Shown one piece after another: positions 30,045 through 39,031 of a stretch of DNA of 64,000 bases. The notes beneath the pieces are model-generated. The model was not told the DNA's origin, made no database searches, and saw only the letters and a program-made list of their open reading frames with translations. The position numbers and the translations under genes were made by a program. Source of the stretch: Bacteroidales bacterium (lineage in GTDB: Bacteria; Bacteroidota; Bacteroidia; Bacteroidales; UBA3824); assembly GCA_017544805.1 (NCBI GenBank), contig JAFYDK010000001.1:18013-82012 (forward strand). Direction: 5' to 3'. Every line of letters starts with the position of its first letter. Within the stretch, counting starts at the first letter, position 1.

Positions 30045-30833
30045 TTAATCCTCCTTAGAGTTTTCTTCTTGCTCATCGTCATCTAAATGACGCTCAATGA
30101 TTTCCTTACAAAGTCTTTTGTAATCCTCAGCACCTTTGCTTTGCGGGTCATAATGGAAAATATCCATTCCCTGACTCGGAGCCTCTGCCAAAGCGATATT
30201 TTCACGAATTTTCGTATCAAAAAGTTTCTCCTGAAAATACGTGTAAATAGTGTCTACAACATCTCTGTGAAGAACTTTACGCTTATCAAACTGTGTTACA
30301 AAAACTCCTGTAATTTCAATTTTCTTGTTAAGCCTTTTCTTAACCTTACCGATGACTTCGATAATCTTTGTCAGACCCTTTATCGCCAAATAATGCGCCT
30401 GAAGCGGAATATAAACTTCGTTAGCGGCAGTCAAAGCGTTAATCGTTAAAAGTCCCAACGAAGGCGGACAATCAATAAAAACATAATCGTATTTTTTAGC
30501 GACATCGTTTATTGCCTCCGCCAAAATATACTCTCTGCCTGCCTCGTTGATTAATTCCATCTCCGCACCCGAAAGGTCAAGCGTAGAGGGCAAAATTTCC
30601 AAATTTTCAAAAACTTCGACCGTTTCTACCTCAGCCTCACCTTTAAGTACTTCATATACAGAAACTTTAGCTTTGTTAATACCAAAACTTTGTGTCATAT
30701 TAGCCTGCGGATCCATATCAATGAGCAGGACTTTATAACCTATCAAAGCCAATCCGGCTCCGATATTTACCACTGATGTCGTTTTGCCGACACCGCCTTT
30801 ATGATTGCTGACCGCTATTATTGTTGTGTCCAT
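30045..30833 (-). CDS. ParA/Soj family ATPase (orphan, no parB)
   Basis: Deviant Walker A KGGVGKTT, IDMDPQAN, IDCPPSLG, IRENIALAEAP. Promoter element TATCTTTG on minus at 30856-30863. Confidence 0.93.
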   Translation of the reverse strand: MDTTIIAVSNHKGGVGKTTSVVNIGAGLALIGYKVLLIDMDPQANMTQSFGINKAKVSVYEVLKGEAEVETVEVFENLEILPSTLDLSGAEMELINEAGREYILAEAINDVAKKYDYVFIDCPPSLGLLTINALTAANEVYIPLQAHYLAIKGLTKIIEVIGKVKKRLNKKIEITGVFVTQFDKRKVLHRDVVDTIYTYFQEKLFDTKIRENIALAEAPSQGMDIFHYDPQSKGAEDYKRLCKEIIERHLDDDEQEENSKED

Positions 30834-31026
30834 AAAATATATTTTTTTGCGAAATCAAAGATATAATATTTTTTAAGAACTAACAATTTTTTTTCAAAAA
30901 ATAAGCCAAATATTTTTTGGAAGTTTTGAAACGATATTTAGGTAAAAAAAAGAGTGTTTGCATTTGCATATTTTAAAAATTTTTATTTTCTTTGACAAAA
31001 ATTTACACTAACAAGTAACACGGCAC

Positions 31027-33492
31027 ATGAAAAACTTTTATCTGCTTTTATTACTGACAGTTAGTCCGTTTTTCGTCTTTGCGCAAAACGACGATTTTGA
31101 CGAAATTATCGAGAGAGATATTCTCGGTTACGGCAATATTAACCTTGAAGTAAGAGAAAAGAAACAAGTAATCGGTGCGGCAAGATCTTCTAAAAGTGCT
31201 GAAGAATTGCCTGTTACCGTATATGTTATCACACATGACGACATTATAACCCACGGCTATGTAACTCTATGCGACGTTCTCAAAAACGTGCCGGGTATCA
31301 GAGTTGCACAACCTGCCGGTGCAGAATTAGGCGAAGGTTTTATGCAAAGGGGTATGACGGGCAACACATACTCCAAAATTCTTATAAACGGTGTTGATGT
31401 AAAACCATCCGGCTCCGTAGGTATGCCTTTGAGTGCAAATCTCCCTATAAGACAAGCAGAAAGGATAGAAATCGTTTACGGTCCCGCCTCAGCCTCTTAC
31501 GGTAACGATGCGTGCGGTGGTGTCATAAATATAGTTACAAAATCCCCGGACGAAAAAGGTTTTACAAGTGCCGATATTATGATAGGTTCAGGCGGTAAAC
31601 AATATCTGAATTTCAACACGGGTATCAAAATAGGTCACGGAAAACACGTTGCAGCCATATCTTTTTACGGTTCTAATCTCAATGTCAATGAAATGAACCT
31701 TCCCGATGGTAGCGATGCCGAGGTTTATAACCGCTGGAATTATTTTCTTCAGCACGGACAAGAGATTCAAATTCAAGCAGTTGACGGTAATGTATACAAT
31801 ATTTCACAAGAAATGATTAGCGAAAGTATGTTCGAGAAATACAACTTTCTTTTCGACGACATGAAATATTACTTCGTTAATTATAAAGGTGATTTTTTGT
31901 ATCCTGAAATTTGCAAACGCCCGCAAAAAGCTACTCAATTAGGCGCAGAGGTAAAATACAGGGCATTTAGTTTCTCATACAATTTAATGCACAGAATGGA
32001 TTACACCAACCACGGCGTAAGTCCGTTCACTTATAATTATAGTGATCCTAATTCGCTTTTCGGTGAATACATACATCGTTTTGTAGTCTCCTCTGACATT
32101 CAAGCGGGAATTTTTACATCAAACACTTCGCTCCACTTAATTCATTACAGAATGGACGAAAACTCTTACCGTTCTGTAAACTGGGACAAAAATAATTTAT
32201 ATTTCTGGGGTGCAAGCGATGATTTGGGACTTGAGGAAAACATGGAGTTCAAAATTTCAGATAAGTTTTCAATCAACGGCGGCGGCTCGTTTACTTACAC
32301 CGGCGTTTTACCAAAAACAACCGATAATTCCACGAAATTCGATTTCAAATCGTACAAAATGTTTTCGGAAAAAAGCGATTTTAAGTATCCCATTTTAGGT
32401 AGTTGGGGTATTTATCCGTTTACTTATTGGCAAGCTGGTGCATATATGCAAGCCGATTACGACTTCAGCCCCGTCAATATTACGGCAGGTTTAAGATACG
32501 ATTATAGTTCGCAATGGGGTGCATCACTCAATCCGCGTATCGCATTCCTTTGGAAAGTAACTGACAAATTCAATATCAGAGCCTCGGAAGGTTTCGCATA
32601 CAAAAGCCCTGCTGCAAACCAATTATATTATACAGTGTCGGTTGCTATGGAAAATCCTCAGGCTCCTAACGGTTATGTTATTGCATATCACCATATTCCC
32701 ACTGTGGGAAAACTTACGCCGGAACATATCTCCGCTACGGAGGTCGGCTTGAGGTACAATCTCAACAAAACCAATTATCTCGAGCTTGTAGGCTATACCA
32801 ATAGGGTAAGAGATCCACTCTTTAGAACGATGTACGCCATGAACGATATATCTAACTATATCGAAAAATACGGAGTTTGGATGACAACGGACGAAAATTC
32901 GGATTATATCGTTCCGGGATATTTTTCTGTCGGAATCACCGACTTAATGAACGCCAACAATGACAGAAAATACACAAGGGCATATATCAACGAATCGGAT
33001 GCTAAATCAAAACTTTATAGTTTGCAATTAATCGGAGTGTTCAAAGACATTATAAAACCGATACATCTTAACATTTCGGGCAGTTATACGTATGCAATCG
33101 GAGAAGAAACGCTTACAATATACAACAACGGTGAAAAAGAGGTTACAAAAATTAATTACGTCAGAGGCGTGCCGAAATCTTTGGCACAAATCTCAATTGA
33201 TTTTGACTTTTGGAAAATATTGCATTTAAGGGCAGACAATATATATTCGTCAAAAGTTTCAAGAAAATATTACGAAGGCATTGATAATAAATTTTATTGG
33301 GCTCCTTCGTATTATGATTTGGATTTGGTACTTTCAGCGAAATTTACGAAAAAACTTTCCGCTATGATGAAGGTAACTAACGTAACTAATGAACTTTACG
33401 GCGGAATGGATGCCTTTGAAATGGACGTGGATTTGAATTACAATCCGCAACTACTCAGAACTTTTACATTTGGAATTACGTACGATTTTTAG
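31027..33492 (+). CDS. TonB-dependent outer-membrane receptor
   Basis: Signal peptide, plug motifs LPVTVYVIT, LKNVPGI, ERIEIVYGPASASYGNDACGGVINIVTK, AGLRYD, C-terminal GITYDF. Confidence 0.92.
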   Translation: MKNFYLLLLLTVSPFFVFAQNDDFDEIIERDILGYGNINLEVREKKQVIGAARSSKSAEELPVTVYVITHDDIITHGYVTLCDVLKNVPGIRVAQPAGAELGEGFMQRGMTGNTYSKILINGVDVKPSGSVGMPLSANLPIRQAERIEIVYGPASASYGNDACGGVINIVTKSPDEKGFTSADIMIGSGGKQYLNFNTGIKIGHGKHVAAISFYGSNLNVNEMNLPDGSDAEVYNRWNYFLQHGQEIQIQAVDGNVYNISQEMISESMFEKYNFLFDDMKYYFVNYKGDFLYPEICKRPQKATQLGAEVKYRAFSFSYNLMHRMDYTNHGVSPFTYNYSDPNSLFGEYIHRFVVSSDIQAGIFTSNTSLHLIHYRMDENSYRSVNWDKNNLYFWGASDDLGLEENMEFKISDKFSINGGGSFTYTGVLPKTTDNSTKFDFKSYKMFSEKSDFKYPILGSWGIYPFTYWQAGAYMQADYDFSPVNITAGLRYDYSSQWGASLNPRIAFLWKVTDKFNIRASEGFAYKSPAANQLYYTVSVAMENPQAPNGYVIAYHHIPTVGKLTPEHISATEVGLRYNLNKTNYLELVGYTNRVRDPLFRTMYAMNDISNYIEKYGVWMTTDENSDYIVPGYFSVGITDLMNANNDRKYTRAYINESDAKSKLYSLQLIGVFKDIIKPIHLNISGSYTYAIGEETLTIYNNGEKEVTKINYVRGVPKSLAQISIDFDFWKILHLRADNIYSSKVSRKYYEGIDNKFYWAPSYYDLDLVLSAKFTKKLSAMMKVTNVTNELYGGMDAFEMDVDLNYNPQLLRTFTFGITYDF

Positions 33493-33564
33493 AATTTGAG
33501 ATTATTTTATTAAAAATTGGAACTTAATTTGTAATAACAACAAGAGGAAAAACAATCTGTAAAG

Positions 33565-36273
33565 ATGCAGATATTAAAAAAACATATAAAAGTATTCATG
33601 CTACTGTTCGCGTCAGTATTTTGTTGTAGCGGTCTGAGTGCCCAAAACAACAAAGCAAATACTATCCGCGAACGGGACAGTCTTATCAATCTTATTAACA
33701 AAAATCCGGAAGATCCAAAAAGTGGAAAATGGTATTATGAACTCTCAAACCGGTATTTAACATTAGGACAATACGCAAAAGTTTTGGAGTCGGCTCAAAA
33801 AGCAATTACGGCATCCAAAATGGCGAAAGATACCAACACCACCCTTAACTCGTATTTGATGTTAGGACACGTAGATATTCTTGACGATCAACCTGTTAAG
33901 GCTATTGAATGTTATCTTTCTGCCCGTAAACTTTTGGAAAAAATGAACCAACCCAAACGTGATGCGGAAATAGTAACGCAAATCGGTTTGGTATATTTCA
34001 ACAGAGGACATTATCAAAAGGCGGCAGAAAGTTTCCAAGAGGCTTTGAGCAAACAAGAAAAATTATCTAACGAAGATGGCATCATAGCCAATACGAAATA
34101 TCTCGCTATTTGCAATTACATGTTAGGCAAATACGATGAATCAATTGTCGGATACGAACTTCTTCTGAAAAAATACCGCGAACGTGACGATTGGGAAAAT
34201 ACCAAAATGGTATATCAACGTCTTAACGAAATCTATCAAAAACAAGAAGATTACGACAAAGTTTTCAAATGCAATTACGATTTGTACAATTTATGTACGG
34301 CTCACGATAATATCAAAGAATCCCTCAATGCACTCAACAACGTGGCATATTGCTATGTCTGCATACGTAAATATGACAAAGCGATAAAATATTATACCCA
34401 GTTGTTGGAGTCCGACAAGAAATTCTCCAACGATGAAAAAATTGACGCCGGTACATACACAAGTCTTGGTCTATGCTATCAAAATATGGACAACTTAGAC
34501 AAATCCATAGAAAACCTTCAAAAAGCTGTTGCAATCCGTCAAAAATACAATCAGAATTTTGAAGCGGCTACTATAGACAACATCATGGCACTAATTTATC
34601 TCAAAGAGGAAGACTTACATAACGCTGAATATCATGTAGAAAGAGCTGTTATTGAGGCGGAAAAAGCCAGCGATAACGGTTATGACGACGACGGTGAATT
34701 AAGAAAAGCGGTTTATATTACATATAATAAAGTGTTATCTGCTAAAGGCGAGGACAAAAAAGCAACAGATTATTATAAAAAGTATCTTTCTTTGAGAGAT
34801 TCTTCGCAAATGGCAAAAGAGATGCGCGAGCGCAGAATGGCTGAAGAGTTAAGAAAACTTGCCGATGCCGAAGAAAAATATCAAAAAGGACTTGATAAAG
34901 AGGAATTTACAGAACTTAACGCTGCAAATCTCCAACTTATAGCAGAAAACCGTCAGAGGGAAATCGAACTTCTTACCAAAAACAATGAAATTCAGGAAAT
35001 GGAAAAGAAGCGTATCGAACAATCCCTTATTCTTGCCCGCCAACAACAAGAAGCGTTGAAAAAAGAAAACGAAATCCGTGCACTTCAGTTGGAAAGGGAA
35101 AAAGCGGAAACCAGATTGAAATTGCAAGACGCTGCTGAAAAAGACCACCAAAGGGAAATCAAACTCTTGGAAGAACAACGTAAAAACCAAGCTCTTACGA
35201 TTGAAAACCAACAAAAGGCGGCTAAACAAATGCGTCTTATAGTTTATATGGCATTTGCAATGATTTTGTTTTTCATCGTCGTGTTTATCATGATGAGAAA
35301 GAAAAACAAAAAACTCAAAGAGCAGCAAAAAGAAATTGAACAAAAAAATGCCGTTCTCGTTACCAAAAACGACGAGATTATGAGCATCAACAACGAGCTT
35401 TCAAGACAAAAGGAAATCATCGAAAAGGCAAACCAGTCTATCACAGATAGTATCGTATACGCTAAACGTATACAAACTGCGGTATGTCCATCCCCGACTT
35501 TCCTTTCTACGTTCAACTTTGAATATTTCCTTGTTTTCAGACCAAGAGACATCGTCAGCGGCGACTATTATTGGTTTTACAGCGATAACAAGGATTTTGT
35601 TTACATCGTAGCAGCCGATTGTACGGGACACGGCGTTCCGGGTGCGTTCATGAGTATGTTGGGCGTTTCGCTTTTCAACAAAATCGTTGCGGAAAGAAAC
35701 GTACATGAACCTGCCGATATTTTGACAGAATTAAGAAAAGAAATCAAAATCGCTCTACACCAAGAGTCTATGAATTCGGCTCAAAAAGACGGTATGGACT
35801 TATCACTAGTAAAATACAATCTGAAAGACAATAGTTTAACCTTCTCAGGTGCTAATAATAACGGCTATTTGATTCAAAGATTTTCACATGAAGAAGAGGA
35901 TTTGGCAAAAAGCAATTTGGCAAAACCGGAATTTTTAAGAGAAAACTTAGGCAGTTATACAAAACTTACGGTAATGCCTGCTGATCCTATGCCTATCGGT
36001 GTGTATATCAGAGAGAAAGAAAGATTTTCTCAAAAAGAATACAAACTCAGAAAAGGAGATAGTTTCTACCTTACCTCTGACGGTTACATCGATCAGTTCG
36101 GCGGCGAACACGGCAGAAAATTCTTAACCAAAAACTTTGAAAAAATGCTCCTTGATATTAACGGTTATTCCATGGATCGCCAAGAAGAAATCGTTATAGC
36201 AACTCATGAAAAATGGATTGGAACCAATTATACACAATTGGACGATATTATCGTAATCGGAATCAGAGTTTAA
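33565..36273 (+). CDS. Periplasmic TPR + long coiled coil, TM, PP2C/SpoIIE phosphatase
   Basis: Signal peptide, multiple TPRs, ~140-aa coiled coil, TM LIVYMAFAMILFFIVVFIMM, intact VSGDYY, ADCTGHGVPGA, DGMD, SDG, DDI. Confidence 0.9.
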   Translation: MQILKKHIKVFMLLFASVFCCSGLSAQNNKANTIRERDSLINLINKNPEDPKSGKWYYELSNRYLTLGQYAKVLESAQKAITASKMAKDTNTTLNSYLMLGHVDILDDQPVKAIECYLSARKLLEKMNQPKRDAEIVTQIGLVYFNRGHYQKAAESFQEALSKQEKLSNEDGIIANTKYLAICNYMLGKYDESIVGYELLLKKYRERDDWENTKMVYQRLNEIYQKQEDYDKVFKCNYDLYNLCTAHDNIKESLNALNNVAYCYVCIRKYDKAIKYYTQLLESDKKFSNDEKIDAGTYTSLGLCYQNMDNLDKSIENLQKAVAIRQKYNQNFEAATIDNIMALIYLKEEDLHNAEYHVERAVIEAEKASDNGYDDDGELRKAVYITYNKVLSAKGEDKKATDYYKKYLSLRDSSQMAKEMRERRMAEELRKLADAEEKYQKGLDKEEFTELNAANLQLIAENRQREIELLTKNNEIQEMEKKRIEQSLILARQQQEALKKENEIRALQLEREKAETRLKLQDAAEKDHQREIKLLEEQRKNQALTIENQQKAAKQMRLIVYMAFAMILFFIVVFIMMRKKNKKLKEQQKEIEQKNAVLVTKNDEIMSINNELSRQKEIIEKANQSITDSIVYAKRIQTAVCPSPTFLSTFNFEYFLVFRPRDIVSGDYYWFYSDNKDFVYIVAADCTGHGVPGAFMSMLGVSLFNKIVAERNVHEPADILTELRKEIKIALHQESMNSAQKDGMDLSLVKYNLKDNSLTFSGANNNGYLIQRFSHEEEDLAKSNLAKPEFLRENLGSYTKLTVMPADPMPIGVYIREKERFSQKEYKLRKGDSFYLTSDGYIDQFGGEHGRKFLTKNFEKMLLDINGYSMDRQEEIVIATHEKWIGTNYTQLDDIIVIGIRV

Positions 36274-36289
36274 AAAAAGGAAACAAAAA

Positions 36290-36757
36290 ATGGCTTACGA
36301 AATTGAACGGAAATTTTTAGTAAAAGGTGAATTCAAACATCTTGCCTCAAGCAGTACTTACATAGTACAAGGTTATTTGTACTCGTCGCCGCAAAAATCG
36401 GTAAGAATTAGAATAAAAGGCGACAAAGGTTTTATAACGGTAAAAAGCAACGTCGCCGACACTGAAATCACCCGTAACGAATGGGAATATGAAATTCCTG
36501 CAAGCGATGCCCACGAAATGCTGAAACTTTGCAGCAAAAATATTGTGGAAAAAACAAGATATATAGTCAATTATAAAAACATGGTTTTGGAAATTGACGA
36601 ATTTTACGGGGACAATGAAGGATTATTATTAGCAGAAATAGAGCTGACATACGAAACCCAACGTTTTGATAAACCGGATTTTTTAGGCGAAGAAGTAACA
36701 ACAGATACCCGTTATTTCAACTCCGAACTCGCAAAAAAACCGTACAAAAATTGGTAA
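36290..36757 (+). CDS. CYTH-domain protein (triphosphate tunnel metalloenzyme)
   Basis: EIERKFLV, VRIRI, EWEYEI, EKTRY, AEIEL. Confidence 0.9.
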   Translation: MAYEIERKFLVKGEFKHLASSSTYIVQGYLYSSPQKSVRIRIKGDKGFITVKSNVADTEITRNEWEYEIPASDAHEMLKLCSKNIVEKTRYIVNYKNMVLEIDEFYGDNEGLLLAEIELTYETQRFDKPDFLGEEVTTDTRYFNSELAKKPYKNW

Positions 36758-36794
36758 AAACCTTAAAACAAAGGTCTTTGTTCTAAGGTTTTTA
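36755..36794. repeat. 40-bp near-perfect inverted repeat at a convergent junction
   Basis: TAAAAACCTTAAAACAAAG-gt-CTTTGTTCTAAGGTTTTTA, one mismatch. Confidence 0.85.
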
Positions 36795-37293
36795 AGTATT
36801 CTTCGGCTGCTTGGTATATTCCAAGCAAATGCTCCTGAGCAGTTTTCTTTTTCTCTAACACTCTGTCAAACAGCATTGAAGCAGTCTTATTATCGAGATT
36901 AGAGGTGCAGTTTTCTAAAAGTGTCAGAATATCGAAAACTATTTCAAAATCGCTGAAACTCAACAGCATATTAACAATTTCCTCCGCCTTTTCGGTAAAA
37001 TCCATTCCGGAAAGCCACAATGAGGAAATAATGGATTTTTTAATCCCGGGGTCTTGAACCTTTGACATAAAATCAAAAGCCATAAATGCGGTTTCAGAGG
37101 TTTTCAGACTGCTGATAATGTCGTAAATAACGCTTTTAACCTCTTGAGAACGGTTAGAAACCAAAAGCTCCAAGACGTTCGGCAACATAACGGCATCACC
37201 GTTTTCGCGGTAATAATGAAGCAAACCGGGCAGCTGAGAATCAGAATCGTTTTGCAATTTTTGCAAAAAAAGTTTTCTTTCTTGACTGTTCAT
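36763..37293 (-). CDS. Hypothetical all-helical (HEAT/ARM-like) protein
   Basis: 176-aa ORF with its own TAACTTTG element (37320-37327, minus) and a helical repeat pattern. Confidence 0.65.
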   Translation of the reverse strand: MNSQERKLFLQKLQNDSDSQLPGLLHYYRENGDAVMLPNVLELLVSNRSQEVKSVIYDIISSLKTSETAFMAFDFMSKVQDPGIKKSIISSLWLSGMDFTEKAEEIVNMLLSFSDFEIVFDILTLLENCTSNLDNKTASMLFDRVLEKKKTAQEHLLGIYQAAEEYLKTLEQRPLF

Positions 37294-37442
37294 ACAACTA
37301 AATATTAAAATAGCAACGGCAAAGTTAAAAAAAATTATCTGAAAATAACGTTTTTTATTTCAGAAAATATTATCTTTGTCAAAAATTTTGCAATAAAGAC
37401 TTTAGATAATCAGTTATAATCTAAAAAGTTAGCAGATTATTT

Positions 37443-38309
37443 ATGAAAAGAACGAAACACATAATACCTGTATTGGTGCTTTTGGTATCAGTTTTGTGCG
37501 GTTGTGGTTCATCAGGAACACCCTACAAAACCAAAAAAGATATGCGCGAGGCTGCCAAAGAAAAGACTTCTGGACACAACGAAGCCGCTGTTTATTATAC
37601 GCTACCTTCGCCCTTGGAGGTCGCTTATATAATACAGTCAACAGGCGTTGATTACGACTTAAAACTCCTTCACAAAACAGAGTTAGGAGTCAGATATTCA
37701 ACAAACAGGGCAGCTGCCATAAATCTCGGAATTTACGGGGCTGATTTGAGTTATTCGATTTATTTCAATCAACAACAAGTTGCTCTGAAATATCTCGACT
37801 GCATTAAAGATTTGTCAAACAATTTGGATATTTCAGATGCAAAACTGCAAGACAAACTCAAAGAAATGGAAGAAAATATACAAAATAGAGAAACGTTAAA
37901 AAAAATGGTTTCTCAGACTTTTTTCCATTCCGATGCGTTATTAAAAGAAAGCAGTAGAAAACAAACAGCCGTAATGGTTGCCGCCGGAATGTGGATAGAA
38001 AGCCTTTATATTTCGACACAACTCTCTTACGGTGAACCGAATTCCAATCCAAGATTGTCGAAATCGGTTATAGAACAGGGTCTTGTATTTGAAGACTTGT
38101 ACAATATGCTTTCAACTTTTAGTTCAAGCAGCGACATCGAGTACATCAAAAACGAACTTATGCCGCTCAAAAATAGTTTCAAAACCATAAACAAGCAGTT
38201 GGGCAATACGTATTTATCCTCAGAGAAAAACAAAGTAGATGCAAAGCTTTTTGAAAAACTTTGCGAGGCGGTAAAAGACGTGCGCAACAATTTTACACAG
38301 TTGTTTTAA
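37443..38309 (+). CDS. Hypothetical helical lipoprotein
   Basis: Lipobox LCG-C, LPSPLE and AINLGIYGADLSY motifs. TATCTTTG promoter element at 37371-37378. Confidence 0.75.
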   Translation: MKRTKHIIPVLVLLVSVLCGCGSSGTPYKTKKDMREAAKEKTSGHNEAAVYYTLPSPLEVAYIIQSTGVDYDLKLLHKTELGVRYSTNRAAAINLGIYGADLSYSIYFNQQQVALKYLDCIKDLSNNLDISDAKLQDKLKEMEENIQNRETLKKMVSQTFFHSDALLKESSRKQTAVMVAAGMWIESLYISTQLSYGEPNSNPRLSKSVIEQGLVFEDLYNMLSTFSSSSDIEYIKNELMPLKNSFKTINKQLGNTYLSSEKNKVDAKLFEKLCEAVKDVRNNFTQLF

Positions 38310-38359
38310 ATAAAAAAATTACAACGATTGATTAACGAATGAAAATAAACTTTTTGGAC

Positions 38360-38833
38360 ATGAAAAAATTTTTAATTATAGCCTTGTTATCAACGGTAAT
38401 TAATTTCTCGGCAAAGGCTCAATGTCATGAATACATTGAAACCATTGCTGAATCGGAGTTGGAACCGTACATTTTGGACGGAAATTTCATTGCCCCGATT
38501 GTCACCGAGGGTGAAACCGTAACTTTAACAAGAACTTTTCTCGCCGGACAAAGTTATAAAATAGATGTCTGCGGAATGGATATGTTTTTTAAGGAAATCA
38601 CTATTACGGAGGAAAAAAACGTAGTTTTCAAAAATTTCGGAAAAGACTCTGAGGACAAAATGTTCACAACCTCGGAAGGCACTACACTGCCCGTTTACGG
38701 ACTGAATTTTTATGAATTTACTCCCGACCATACCATGAACCTTAAAATTAAAGTCAAAATCACACCGTTTGAAGGCGGCGGCGGACTCAAATTGGAAGGT
38801 TGTTTAGGTATCCTCGTCGGTTTCCAAAAATAA
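38360..38833 (+). CDS. Hypothetical secreted beta-rich protein
   Basis: Signal peptide MKKFLIIALL..AKA followed by mature QC.., three Cys. Follows the lipoprotein gene. Confidence 0.7.
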   Translation: MKKFLIIALLSTVINFSAKAQCHEYIETIAESELEPYILDGNFIAPIVTEGETVTLTRTFLAGQSYKIDVCGMDMFFKEITITEEKNVVFKNFGKDSEDKMFTTSEGTTLPVYGLNFYEFTPDHTMNLKIKVKITPFEGGGGLKLEGCLGILVGFQK

Positions 38834-39031
38834 AAAGACTAAAAATAAATAACGGTACATTTGCGACACAAAAAAATTCTCCGTTTGTATTTTAATTGTC
38901 AAACAATTACAAACGTTATGAAATTTTTTTGCCTTAAAATTTGACAATGTTGCCGTTTATTATGTAACTTCGCAATGTTTTTTAAAAAGAAAATTATAGA
39001 CACCATTATTAAAAAAAATAAATTATAGAAA

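Noticed and set aside
28591-30833. Tyrosine recombinase next to parA as an integrated plasmid or ICE
   Set aside because: The recombinase has housekeeping XerD features and follows secA. I saw no att repeats, rep or mob genes, or compositional shift.
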